DNA of 64,000 bases from Eledone cirrhosa (Eukaryota), in the NCBI GenBank assembly GCA_964016885.1, contig OZ024742.1:91202001-91266000 (forward strand), written 5' to 3'. The position numbers were made by a program, and so were the translations under genes. Every line of letters starts with the position of its first letter. Position 1 is the first letter of the stretch. Below, one piece after another: positions 42,711 through 62,574 of this stretch. The notes under the pieces were generated by a model, which saw nothing but the letters and a program-made list of their open reading frames with translations, had not been told where the DNA came from and ran no database searches.

Positions 42711-45700
42711 CCAATTCAATGATGTCCCAGAACAATGTAAACGAGATAATTGCCAATTTGGGTTCTGGAACAAAAAGGATCATTGGCAATAAGGGCAGGG
42801 GCCCCAAGTTATCACAACCTGGGCCCGCCCGTCATCGTGCCATTGTAATAGAGCCAAACAGGGCATTTAGTCTTGGCTGCTGGAACGTACGGACGCTGCT
42901 TGACAGGGATTCTTTGGAGCGTCCTGAACGAAGGACCGCTCTTGTTGCGAAGGAGCTTCGACGTTACGATCTTGACATCGTGGCTTTGTCTGAGACGAGG
43001 TTAGCTGGAGATGGTCATCTTACGGAATTTTGTGGAGAATATACATTCTTCTGGAAAGGAAGAGATGAAGGAACCAGAAGAGAGGCTGGGGTAGGATTTG
43101 CTGTTAAGACTGTACTGGTGAATAAATTGGAAGAATTCCCAGTGGGGATTAGTGAGCGTCTTATGTCCATGAGAGTTCCGCTGGACAAGGGAAGATATGC
43201 TACCCTGGTGAGTGTGTATGCTCCAACTATGAATTCTGTCGATGAAGAAAAACTGTCCTTTTACCATGCCTTGAAAGGTGTTTTAAGAAATATCCCTCAG
43301 GCAGACAAAGTCATCGTGCTTGGTGACTTTAATGCTAGAGTGGGTAGGGATTTTAACACATGGAATGTAATCGGAAGGCATGGGGTGGGAAAGTGTAACA
43401 GCAATGGTATGCTCTTGCTGCAGATGTGTGAGGAGCTGGATCTGTGTGTTACCAACACCATGTTCCAACAAAAGAACAAATTCAAGACCACATGGATGCA
43501 TCCTGCATCTAAGGAATGGCATCTTTTGGACTACGTCCTAGTCAGGATGCGTGACAGACAGGATGTGCAGTGTGTTCGTGTTCTTCGTGGAGCTGAGTGC
43601 TGGACGGACCACCGCCTGGTACGCGCAAAAGTGAATCTAATCACCAAACGTAAAATCCGGGCTCCTGGTGTTACCCTGCCCAAAAGATTGAATGCTGCTC
43701 GTCTTAAGGATAAAAATGTGAAGAGGACATTGGAAGAAGAGATGCAGGCTGCAGATCTTGGTGAGGATTGGCCGACCCTTAAAAAGTCGGTTTATGATGT
43801 AGGCAGACGTGTTCTGGGATTGGTGCAGAGAAAACATCAGGACTGGTTTAATGAGAAAGATGTGCATATAGATGACTTGTTGGCTGATAAGAGGCGCGCT
43901 CTGTCACGCTACTTGACGGCAAAACCACGGGAGAGGAATACGTTGCATGAGGAGCTCAGGGATGTAAAATCACGTGTTAGGCGGAGTCTTTCTCAGATGA
44001 AGGATCAGTGGTGGAGTGAGAAGGCTGGTGAGATACAAACTGCGTCTGATTGCAATAACACAAAGCTGTTGTACAGTCTCTTGCGTGAGGTTTATGGACC
44101 GTCTTCTTCTCTGGTGACACCGATTCGCAGCAGGGATGGCAAAGAACTTCTTCGTGACTCACAGGGAATTCTACGAAGGTGGCGAGAGCACTTTGATGAT
44201 CTTTTGAATCAGCCGTCTGTCGTCAGTGAAGATTTCCTCAATCTCATTCCGGAAAGTCCTGTGAAAGTAGCTCTCGCAGAACCTCCGACACTTGTGGAGG
44301 TTGCAGTGGCTATTTCGAAGCTGAACAGTGGAAGATCTCCAGGTATGGATGGCATACATGCTGAGCTCCTACAATATGGTGGTGAGAGACTCCTGCAACA
44401 TCTTCACTCTCTGTTTGGAAGGATATGGGCTAATGAATCCGTGCCTGAGGACTGGAGAGATGCAGTAATGGTGGTCTTGTACAAGGGAAAGGGTAACAGG
44501 AATGATTGTGGGAACTACAGAGGTATATCATTGCTTTCTGTCGTGGGGAAAGTTTTATGTAGGGTGCTTCTGGACCGTCTGCTGACACACATTGCAGATT
44601 GTGTCCTTCCTGAAAGTCAATCTGGTTTTCGTGTTGGACGCGGCACTACTGATATGATCTTCTCAGCTAGACAGCTCCAGGAGAAGTGCATTAAACAGGG
44701 CTTGGATCTGTATCAGGTTTTTGTCGATCTGACAAAGGCTTTCGATACTGTCAACAGAGATGCATTATGGAAGGTTCTCCAGAAACTTGGTTGCCCTGAT
44801 AAGTTCCTTGCTTTAGTTAGGTCTTTCCATGACGACATGAAGGCTTGGGTTAATGTCGGAGGTAACATGTCGGAGCCTATCTCAGTAAAAAATGGAGTGA
44901 AACAGGGGGATATTCCAGCACCGACCCTGTTTGCCATATACTTTGCAATGGTTTTCTGTATTGCATTCAGGAATTGCGAGCATGGTGTTTACATCCGATA
45001 TCGAACCTCAGGCAGCATATTTAACATCAGGCGCTTTGCTACGAAGACAAAAGTATTTACATCAGTCATAAGAGACCTCTTGTATGCAGATGATTGCGAT
45101 CTTGTAGCGCACACAGAGAGTGATATGCAGCACATTTTGAATGTATTTTCTGACGCTTGCACTGCCCTGGGTTTGACTGTCAGTCTCAAGAAAACCGTCG
45201 TCATGTACCAACCTGCACCTGGTAGGCAGTACACTGAACCAAACATCTATGTGTATGGCAAACGACTTGGAGTGGTTGATCAGTTTGTCTACCTGGGAAG
45301 CACTGTCAATCGATACGGCAACCTTGACAGTGAAATCTCACTTAGGATTAGGAAAGCAAGTGATGCTTTCGGAAAGCTAGAAAGGCGACTCTGGGGTTGG
45401 CGAGACATATGCAGGAGGACAAAGGTAAAGGTGTACAGGGCATGTGTACTCTCTTGTCTTCTTTATGCCTGCGAGACCTGGGTCACATATCGACGCCACC
45501 TTAAGCAATTGGAGCGTTTCCATCAGATGTGTCTCAGATGGATACATGGCGTTCACTGGAGGGACCACATCAGTGATGTCGAGATTTTGGAAAGCTCTAT
45601 GTGTGACAGTATAGAAGCTCTTGTGCTTAAGCAGCGACTCCGTTGGAGTGGTCACCTTGCCAGGATGAAGGATTCTAGAATACCAAAACAACTCTTCTAT

Positions 45701-46272
45701 GGAGAGTTGGTTAAAGGAAAACGACCGCCACATAAACCAAAAAAGAGGTATAAGGATTCCTTGAAGGCCTCTCTGAAAGACGCTAACATCTCTGCTGATA
45801 CATGGGAAAATATTGCTGCTGATCGTAATAAATGGAGAAAGACTGTATATGAGGGAAAAGTTGCCTTTGAGGCATCTCGAATCGCACACGAGAAAGTAAA
45901 GCGGGACGTGAGGAAGGGTATTGCTGTTGCACTTCCAGACGGCGAGGGTCCTCCTATGTTTCTGACATGCAGCGTCTGTGCGAGACTCTGCCTAAGCAAA
46001 GCTGGACTCGAAAGTCATCTTCGCAGTCATAAAGTAAGACCAGTGGTTGACTACCAGGCTGCTGTTGGAGATGCTACTCATCATGCTTGCCAAACATGTG
46101 GTAGAGAATGTAAATCAGCAGGAGGACTCAAGCGACATGCAAAAGTACACAAACTCCAACCACAGCCGACTATTCCCAGTAAATGTTTTGGTTGCCGACT
46201 CTGTGCAAGACATTTTAGATCATTGGCTGGGCTAAAAAGCCACATTCGATCGCAGCACTGTTAGTTGCTATC

Positions 46273-46310
<38 letters not shown>

Positions 46311-46389
46311 GCTTATGTGCGTGCGTGTGTGTGTATATATATATGAATATGTATATTACTATTGTTGTTGTCGTTATTATTATTATTGC

Positions 46390-46432
<43 letters not shown>

Positions 46433-46456
46433 TTTTTTTTTTTTTTTTTTTCTATT

Positions 46457-46504
<48 letters not shown>

Positions 46505-46562
46505 TTTTTTTTTTTTTTTTATTGTGCAATGGCCATACTCGATAACGAGGGGGCAGCCATCA
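42377..46562 (+). mobile_element. Near full-length RTE (BovB-like) LINE
   Basis: 5' UTR segment, single long EN-RT ORF, 3' end hairpin ggccatactcgataacgagggggcagcc; flanked by (TA)n. Confidence 0.93.
42719..46264 (+). CDS. RTE LINE polyprotein: AP endonuclease, reverse transcriptase and three C2H2 zinc fingers
   Basis: WNVRTL, LSETRL, YAPT, GDFNARVG, TDHRL; FVDLTKAFD, KQGD, YADD, FVYLGS; three C-x2-C-x12-H-x3/4-H fingers; uninterrupted 1181 aa. Confidence 0.95.
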   Translation: MMSQNNVNEIIANLGSGTKRIIGNKGRGPKLSQPGPARHRAIVIEPNRAFSLGCWNVRTLLDRDSLERPERRTALVAKELRRYDLDIVALSETRLAGDGHLTEFCGEYTFFWKGRDEGTRREAGVGFAVKTVLVNKLEEFPVGISERLMSMRVPLDKGRYATLVSVYAPTMNSVDEEKLSFYHALKGVLRNIPQADKVIVLGDFNARVGRDFNTWNVIGRHGVGKCNSNGMLLLQMCEELDLCVTNTMFQQKNKFKTTWMHPASKEWHLLDYVLVRMRDRQDVQCVRVLRGAECWTDHRLVRAKVNLITKRKIRAPGVTLPKRLNAARLKDKNVKRTLEEEMQAADLGEDWPTLKKSVYDVGRRVLGLVQRKHQDWFNEKDVHIDDLLADKRRALSRYLTAKPRERNTLHEELRDVKSRVRRSLSQMKDQWWSEKAGEIQTASDCNNTKLLYSLLREVYGPSSSLVTPIRSRDGKELLRDSQGILRRWREHFDDLLNQPSVVSEDFLNLIPESPVKVALAEPPTLVEVAVAISKLNSGRSPGMDGIHAELLQYGGERLLQHLHSLFGRIWANESVPEDWRDAVMVVLYKGKGNRNDCGNYRGISLLSVVGKVLCRVLLDRLLTHIADCVLPESQSGFRVGRGTTDMIFSARQLQEKCIKQGLDLYQVFVDLTKAFDTVNRDALWKVLQKLGCPDKFLALVRSFHDDMKAWVNVGGNMSEPISVKNGVKQGDIPAPTLFAIYFAMVFCIAFRNCEHGVYIRYRTSGSIFNIRRFATKTKVFTSVIRDLLYADDCDLVAHTESDMQHILNVFSDACTALGLTVSLKKTVVMYQPAPGRQYTEPNIYVYGKRLGVVDQFVYLGSTVNRYGNLDSEISLRIRKASDAFGKLERRLWGWRDICRRTKVKVYRACVLSCLLYACETWVTYRRHLKQLERFHQMCLRWIHGVHWRDHISDVEILESSMCDSIEALVLKQRLRWSGHLARMKDSRIPKQLFYGELVKGKRPPHKPKKRYKDSLKASLKDANISADTWENIAADRNKWRKTVYEGKVAFEASRIAHEKVKRDVRKGIAVALPDGEGPPMFLTCSVCARLCLSKAGLESHLRSHKVRPVVDYQAAVGDATHHACQTCGRECKSAGGLKRHAKVHKLQPQPTIPSKCFGCRLCARHFRSLAGLKSHIRSQHC

Positions 46563-47956
<1,394 letters not shown>

Positions 47957-48553
47957 TGGTGGCTGCCAACTCGTTTTCGAGTACGGCCACTACTTTATAT
48001 CCATGTAGGAGAACCCCTACCGATGTGCTGAACGAATGTGACTTTTTAGTCCAGCCAGCGACTTGAAAACTCTGGTACTAACACTACACTTGTGACAATT
48101 ATTGACACACAGTGCTGGGCCTATGGTACCATGTGACGACAAGTGCAGAGAGATCTCCAGATATAAAGCAATGCCTGTGCCGTGAAGCTTTTATAGTGAG
48201 CAAAGGCACTGCACAAAGCCAGTCCCACTCTCTTAACCAAGATGATATTTACCAAAAAGAAGAACAAGTCAACATCATTGGATACCATCAGGGTTGCAGG
48301 TGTTATATCAGTCTTCCTTCTCCTAGAATTCTGCCTTGACAAAGGCTACGGGGTCATCTCTCCCAGTGATTTTGGATGGCCATTGACTCTTAAGAGCTCC
48401 TTTGCCCTTTGACAGGTTTTGTTTTTAGTCCTGCAGGATGTCCAAAGTCACCCTCCTCACCAAGAAACCTTGGTGGGGTTGCCAGTTTAGTCGCCAACGA
48501 CCCGACCATGAGACAGGTTGTACTGGGATACATGTTACCAGTAGCACCAACTG
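47957..48553 (-). mobile_element. Non-autonomous bipartite RTE derivative (5' UTR fused to 3' end)
   Basis: Minus strand matches the RTE 5' UTR at 42385-42610 (cactgggag, ttctaggagaagg, gagagtggga, gcacaggcattgc) and ends in ggccgtactcgaaaacgagttggcagcc, like 46531-46559. Confidence 0.78.
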
Positions 48554-49062
48554 TATATATATATATACATATATATATATATACATATGTATTTATATAC
48601 ATATATATCTCAGACACACAAATGAAAAAAACCCCTCCCCAAAACATAACGCTGACATCTACACAAAAGAGCTCACAACAACAGCAAACAAAAAACACCA
48701 CACAAAAACAAAAACATGCATACACATACATAAATACAAGAAACAAAAAACTGTTAAACATTGTGTACAACAACAATCTAATAAAAACACAAGGGCCTAA
48801 CTTCACCCAGGCAGGGGATTTCCCCCACCTCAAAATGATTAAGGCCCCACAGGACACCTAAAAAACAATTTTAAAGAGGACGTGGGTCCCCCCTGCGTCG
48901 GGCCCATTAACCGCGTCCTCCTAAAAAACTGTCCTCCTAAAAAACTATCCCACCCCCTCCCCAAACACCCACACAACTCCAAGCTCCCCAACCACACAAC
49001 ACACTGATGCCCCCACACTTCCACAAACCACCACCCCACCCAACAACCCATCCCCCACCCTA

Positions 49063-52000
49063 ATGGAAATTGTGCAGCCCGATACCCGGGACGCAGAGAG
49101 GTACGTGCCTTTTCTCTTCACCACCAACATGGCTATGCTAAGAGTAGGCTGTTTAAATGCGCGTGGCCTGGGCTCAACTTGGAAGCAAGCAATGCTTCTA
49201 AATGACCTCAGGTCACAACGTATAGATGTGATGGTTATTTGCGAGGCCCGGATCAGCAACGTGCGACAGCTGGCCCCCCACCTTTGATGACTTTGAGATG
49301 CACGCATCTCTCTGTCAGCCCGGAGGTGGGGGTGGAGTTGTCGTTCTGCTGCAAAAAACATCTGGGTCTCGCAACACAGATGGTACATTTGGACCCGGAG
49401 GGTCGACTAGTGGTTCTGGACCTTGGCAGTGGTAAAGGCGGAGCGTTTAGGTTGGTAGCCGCCTACGGCCCTTTCGGGTCAATGCGGCCGGACTTCTTCC
49501 ATCGTCTGGAGACTTTTCTAGGGACGTCCCGCTCCTTGCTATTAGTGGGGGACTGGAATGGTATCCTAGATGCACGCTGGGACTACGTAGGGGCCTGCCC
49601 CGATAGAGAGGGGTGTAATAGCCTCAAAGGGTTAATCGGTCGATTTGACCTGGCCGATAGATATCGACTAGATTTTCCGACTGCGCCAACCTGGACTTGG
49701 GCAAATCGTAGCGGATCATCTAGGTCGTACCTAGATAGGTTCTTAGTTAGAATTAAGGATAAAGACTTTTTAAGTTGTCCAAAAATGCGCATGGTTGGCT
49801 ATTCAGACCACAAATTAGTGACCTGCATGGTCAACCTTGACAGAACTCATAGACAGGGCCCCGGTTACTGGAAGCTCAACTTGTCCTTGCCGGCAAGTAG
49901 AGCCTACAGGAATCGGATTAGTACGTTAGTTAAGGAACGGTTGACTGGAGCGATCGTCAACAGCAGATGGTGGGTATCTCTAAAGAGAGAGATTAGAGTA
50001 GTCTCGATAGAATTTAGTAAGGTTCTAGCTGCGGATAGGAAAGGGAGCTAATAGATAGAGTAGAAGAGGCAATTAGAAGCGGCGACGTGGCCAGAGTGCT
50101 AGCGTCGAGAACGGCTTTGAGCCAGTTTTTTTACGCGAAGCACGAAGGCTGCGTTGTCCGAAGTAAAATACGTGCTCTAGGGAACGAGGGGACCAAAGCT
50201 GTTGGCTGGGCCCGCGTGACAGAGGCCAACAGTGGAACTAAATCCACCATCCGGTCTTTGCGAGACCTGGATGGACGGGCGATTCTTGAGCCTAAGCAGA
50301 TGTGTGAGGCCTTTCAAAGGCACTTTGCCCGACTGTTCGGGAAGGGCGGGGAGCCGGTTGGGAACGTGGACTTCGGTCCATACCTCGACGGCCTGCCGCG
50401 CCTCTCGGACAGGGAGGCGAAGTCCTGCGAGGAGCCGATTTCGGCCGCTGAGATAGAGGACGTGCTGAGCCAATGCGGCAAACGCAAATCCCCGGGTCTC
50501 GATGGTCTTCCTTACGAATTATATCTAGCTATGCCGGACTTGTTCCCCGATCTCCTCGAGGCGGTCTACTGCAACTGGCAACAGAACGGGAGAATTCCCT
50601 GTACTGTGACCAAGGGCGTAGTCACGCTAGTGAGGAAGGACGAGAACAAGGGGGACGAAATAAGTAACTTCAGGCCCATAACTCTGCTAAATACAGAGTT
50701 ACAGATTTTGGCCAAGGTGCTAGCAAAGAGGTTGGCGCTTGTCGTGGGCAACCTGGTGGGAGATGCGCAGACATGCGCTATCCCATCCAGGTCCATCCAT
50801 GACAACCTCCACCTCATGCGATACATCATAGAGAGGGTTGGGAACGAACCCGGCTTTGGTGGGGCTCTGATCAACTTGGATCAATCTAAGGCGTTCGATA
50901 GGGTCGACCATGGTTACCTGGATGCGGTGCTAGCGGCGGCAGGCTTCGGACCCGTTTTCAGGGGCTGGATCACTGCTATGCACAGCAGCCACATCTGCTC
51001 TAGGGTCAAGGTGAACGGCTACCTCTCGGAGCCGTTCAAAATCGCGCGGTCCATCCGACAAGGGTGCCCTCTCTCCTCCCTTCTGTATGTGTTGACTCTC
51101 GAGCCACTACTGCGGAAGTTGGAGTTGTTGCAGGGCATCCCTTTGGAACCGGGATTGCGGAAAGCGGTGTCGGCCTACGCCGTTGACGTGACAGTAATGG
51201 TGTCGACGGCCTCCGAAATCGAGGCGGTCGGCACCTTACTGGAGGAGTACGAAAAGTTCACAGGGGCTAAGCTGAACCGGGACAAGTCGATCGGTTTGCA
51301 ACTCGGCACGTGGAGGGGCAGACCGATGCCCTCCGATGGCGTCGTCGGACGCTGGACGGAGGGCCCGGTGAAGTTGCTCGAGGTCTGGTTCGGACCGGAC
51401 CTCCAGGTGGAGAAAAACTGGGCGGAGGTTACGAACAGGGTGTTTGCACTGACCCAGAAGTGGGCCAGTTGCAAACTATCCCTGAAAGGTCGGGCGGAGG
51501 TGGCGAACACCTACATAGCGTCCGTCATCTACTACCGCCTGACCGTAGTGCCCTGCCCAAGGGAAACCCTCACCAAGATGGAGCGCGCGCTCTTCCAATT
51601 CCTTTGGAAGAGGCGGGCTCCTATGGTGAGGAGATCCATCTGCTGTCAACACCCTTCGAAAGGAGGGCTGGGGATGCCGTGGCTAATGATGCGTAAACAC
51701 GCATTAAGGCTACGGCACCTCTACGTATTCCTCACCGGACAACCGGTGTGGGCCTCGTTTGTGAGACGAACCTTTCCCAGACTCGTCTCACTCACCGAGC
51801 TGCAATCCTGGGTCAAGCAAAGACCGAGAAAACTGGGCGCCTGGCACACTGAGTGTGCCCAGGCGCTCACCGCCCTCTGGCAGGCGGATCCGGTTATCAG
51901 TGGAGACTCCACCGCAACATTCTATAGAGGGCTGGTACGCAGCAGGTGCGACGACGGCCCTCGGAGAAGCCCTAGACATGGAGGAGGACGAAACGGGGCC

Positions 52001-52499
52001 AGCCTGTTCGGTAGGACATTCCAGCCCGGGACCTATGGACAACTTCCAGAAGTCCCTGGCCTGGCAGTGCTACCGAGGGGCTTTACCCGTTCGAGAAAGG
52101 CTCTACAGACACGGGCGCCCGGGTAGGGACCCCGCCAAAAAGATCTGTCCCAGATGCGTGTGCGACGAGGAAACCGTTGCACACGCATTGGTACACTGCT
52201 CGGGCGTAGCCGATCTGTGGGGCTATGTCGAACAACTGCCGTCAAGGGTGGGACCGATCCGGTTGACCACCGAGTCTATTGTAATGATCAAGCCGCCTCC
52301 CCCCTTCAAAGATGAAGCAGAGGCGGTGTTTCTGTGCGTAATAGCCATGGCGAAAGAGGTTGTATGGGTGACGCGTCTGAAAGGACTGAGGTCAGGCACC
52401 TTTCTCATCTGGCCAACAACTGGTCCGTTTCTTCCGTTATCATTTCGGAAGAAGGATCAGGATGGAGAGAGAGGTGCTGCACCCCAGCCGTTTCTATGA
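49063..52499 (+). pseudogene. Disrupted Tx1/L1 ORF2 in four pieces
   Basis: Pieces 49063-49287, 49239-50051, 50087-52126 and 51855-52499; catalytic motif reads YAVD instead of YADD. Confidence 0.88.
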
Positions 52500-52824
52500 A
52501 GGATGGGTGAAAGTGGCGAGAATGGCCCGTGTGAATGGGCCTTCACTCTACATCAGACTATAGGTGAGGAAGATGAAAGACCAAGGGAGCACCCCTTCTC
52601 TGTGCTCCTGAGGAAGAAGGGTTGCACACTTTTTTCGGGGGTGTGTGCGACCCCCCAAGGCGCCTCCTCTCTATTGAGGATTTTGTTAAAAATTTTATTT
52701 TTTGTTATATCTTATTTATTTTTATATTTTGTTATTGCCTCCTCATTGAGGACGCCTTTTTGTGTAAACTCCCCCTTTGTACTTGTCCCACTTTTGATGC
52801 CCCTAGTGGCAAATAAAAGAAACC
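49063..52824 (+). mobile_element. Tx1/L1-clade LINE with frameshifted ORF2
   Basis: CLNARGL, GDWN, SYLDRF, SDHK, GPGYWKLN; KSPGLDGLP, NFRPITLLN, DQSKAFD, RQGCPLS, GGLG; C-terminal CPRC...HALVHC knuckle; AATAAA then (TA)n. Confidence 0.92.
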
Positions 52825-59289
<6,465 letters not shown>

Positions 59290-62200
59290 AGTATTAGTTA
59301 TACTATTTATGGTTTATGTAAACACAAAACCTTAAGCAGTTGTAAGTATTTTACACACACCCCTAAATAGTGGTAGGCAGGTAATGTATTACTACCTTAT
59401 TACCAGTAAGTTAAGTAGCTCAATGTAAAAACATCAGATGATTTACAGAGCAGTTATATGAAATATAAGAATCAAAGAACTGTTCAAAACATTATTGTGC
59501 TTACAGCTGTTTCCTCCAAACCGAGGTTTGGATTCTTCGGAGCAATTTATTAATGCATGGACAGTTATATGACCTCCTTTTCAGCCGAGAGACATACCAA
59601 TACATATTCAAACATTGATACATATTCAAACATTGTGGGTCAACATTCATTACAGAATTTAGAGTGGCAGTACACACTTCGAGATTACATTTATATTAAT
59701 AGGTACAATCAAAAATCAAAGATATAGGTTAAAGTACAACATGAAGATAAGTGGTTATATAGTGCAAATGTTATATGTGTGGCACGCATGTGCGTCTTGT
59801 TTATATAGTGCGGCAGAGAGATATGTGTGGTAGAGGCACTTAGGTAGGTAAATAAGAGTGTTAGGTTGGTAGATCTGGTGGCAAAGTCTTTATATGATTG
59901 ATATAGTCTGTGTGTGGAGAAATATTATAAGCATTAAAGATAGTGCAAGCATTAAAAGTGTTATAAGTATTGGAGATGCACAGCGCAGGGATGTCAAGTA
60001 ATTCATGTACTTCGGTATTTTCATGGTCAAGGGAGTGTATATTTCGATTATATGCCTTTCACATAATCCACGACAATCCAGTTAGAGATCGTAGTCTGGT
60101 GTTCTTTAGTTCGATACAGGAGGTTGTTACGTTTCGAGAGACGCCATTGAATACCGGAAGTGTGTGTGTGGCTAAGGGGAGTTAATGCATGCGGGGAGGT
60201 AACTCTGGGGTTTCTATATCTAGCCATTAAAATGTGTCTCAATATAGACCCTAAATTCTATGGTGAGGTGCACCTTCCAAGAGAGACTTTTAAAGCATAA
60301 AGTGTACTAACTATAGAGTAGTTTAACTAAATTATGCTGAAGGTGATCATATTATTATTAGGGTGGATTAACCCATCTTAAGGTGCTACAAATGGAAATT
60401 ATAGATGATGAGCGAGGATTCTAAATTAATGATCTCTATGGTTGTAGTCTGCTCATATGACCAGGCGCGGTGATTGCAGGATTGCTTCAGGACCCAATGA
60501 TCTCTGGTAAGATCTGGGTCATCGCTTGCTACATTGGATGTCGAAAGATAATCATCCCCAGGCAGGCCAAAGGTCAATCCGCAGTCCTCGCGACCCCTCT
60601 CTGACCGTCAGATCATCCATATACGTACAACCCGCACGGCAGTTGCATTGCATTCACTCACTGCGTTCAGCAGCCTGGTCCTACTGGTCAACAGCGCTAC
60701 TCGATTAAATCATTTTACATCTGTCTAAGGAAGGTGTTTCCTCTGCCCAACACCATCCAACCGATCAATTCATGCTCAAATTACCCTTAGAGCGGTGTAG
60801 TGCCGTCCAGGTGGGTGGATGTTGACACACCTGCCGTAGAGGTATAAATGGGTATTTTCCCTGCGAAGGGTTCCAGAGGGATGTCGTTGTTTGTGTTATA
60901 ATGGATCAGCTAGTGTTGGGTATGTAGTATAGGGTGTGTCTCTGGTGTTTGATGCTAGATGTGGTGTTAGGTTCCAGTCCGACATTGCCTATATATGGGG
61001 CTTAAAGTTTTGGAAGGAATGTCTGAGGCGGTGCTGGCAAGTTGCAAACACCTCAGATTTTTTGTTAAGTAGGTTACGGTTGGAGAAGATAATATTGTGT
61101 GTCTCTAGTATACAGAGGTTACAGAATTTATTAGGTGGTTTGTACGAGGTCGCGCTGCCTATCACTTCCCATTTGAGTGTGTATGGTTTATTTTTAGATT
61201 TTAGATAGTGAATGTAGCTAGAAAGTGAGGTGGAGTTGGCTAGGCTGTGCTTTTTGAACGAGTGGATGTGCGAGTTATATCTAATTTTGAAGCAGTTAGA
61301 AGTGGAGCCTACATAGGTTTCTGAAGAGTTATTAGTCGTGACTGTGCATGAGTATATGACATCCTTGGTTAGGCATTTTTTTATCTAAAGGGCAGGTTCT
61401 ATTAACTCTACAGTTACAATTATTCTGTGCGTTAGTCCGCTGGTTATAATGCAATGCGGAAGTCTGTGTGGTGGGTATAGGATTTTGGGGTGTTCAGGTT
61501 GACAACCCTGGTGTTATTACTTATACTAGTGTTATTTCTATTGTTACTTGCCGTTGCTATTGTTGCTTGCTACAGTGGTATTTAGAGGGTTTGCATCCCG
61601 TTGCGATTTAGTTTGTTGGAAGTAAGAACTAATTTTACTATTATTGCTGCTAGCTATGTGGTATGCTAAGTTAGGCGTCGTGGAGTATGAGATTTTAATG
61701 GTGTTTTTGTTTAAGAGGTTGTGGTACTTGTGTCCTAGAGGGAAGTTTTTATCTAGTAGTGAGAAGAAAGCCCTAGGTATGTTGTGGAGACATTTAGGTT
61801 GAAAGGAGGGTTGAAAAATGTATTATTTCTTCTTCTATTTTTGCTTTTAGTGTTTGGTGTGTTGCTTCCTCCTAAGGCCTCACAGTAGTTTCCATGGTAA
61901 TGGTTACTTCCGGTGGCACCCTCCGCTTTGGTGTACTTGTGGTTGCTATTCCTATTATTAGATTTCCTCATGGACATGTTGTGCGAGATGATGTTGTAGC
62001 TATGTGTTTTCTTAGGTAGGAACTCAATTTCTATATTATGGCCGGAGCTAGCTAATGCTTGATTGTAATATTGTGAGTTTTTGCTAAATATGTTTGCGTC
62101 ATAGGACAGACTAGAGATTCTATTGGACACCCCCTTAGAGATAGAGTTTAATATTGATCTAGGGTGATTAGACTTGGTATCTACGTAAATAAGTTTCTCA

Positions 62201-62547
62201 TTAGGCTTATGGAAGGGTGTATATATTTTTGAGTCTAGGTATAGTGTGGCGTCTAGGAAGTTAACATTTTTAGTGTTTTTGTCCATGGTGATACTAAGGT
62301 TAAAGTTTTTGAATGTCTTATGCAGTTGTTTTCTAGTTCTTTCTATATTAAATTTTTTATATTCTATGAGTAGAAGTGCATCATCGCGGTACAAACCACC
62401 GTTGAGGTAAGGGAGGTCTTTATGGATTTCATTGAGGAGGTATAGGCCGACCAAATCAGTGACCTGCGCCGAGTCACTAGATCCCATGGTTATGTCGAAG
62501 TTGTTGTGCGTATCCTTGCGTGTCCATAGTTGGTCCTCGAAGGTGAT
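59290..62547 (-). mobile_element. Naiad-type Penelope-like element (5'-truncated, frameshifted)
   Basis: RT fragment 61753-62577 (FDITMGSSDSAQ, GGLYRDD, FLDATL, SNHP); GIY-YIG at about 60990-61425 (CNC..CPL, VIY..YVGST, CNLC, CQHR); about 1.7-kb 3' region. Confidence 0.9.
59498..59544 (-). ncRNA. Atypical hammerhead-like motif (U4C core variant) in a PLE terminal region
   Basis: Minus strand reads ugcu-CCGAAGA-a UCCAAACC uc GGUUUGGA g-GAAA-CAGCUG UA-agca. Confidence 0.6.
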
Positions 62548-62574
62548 TAGAATAATAAGAACAAAAAATTTATT

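Noticed and set aside
48470-48553. HDV-like ribozyme at the 5' end of the RTE derivative
   Set aside because: P2- and P4-like pairings are visible, but I could not build P1/P1.1 by hand.
48608-49062. ORF1 of the Tx1-type LINE
   Set aside because: Low-complexity A/C-rich sequence without gag-like motifs; may be poor-quality sequence.
60480-60530. SECIS-like hairpin in a Naiad-type 3' region
   Set aside because: There is no apical AAR motif, and I saw no conserved in-frame UGA in the visible ORF parts.
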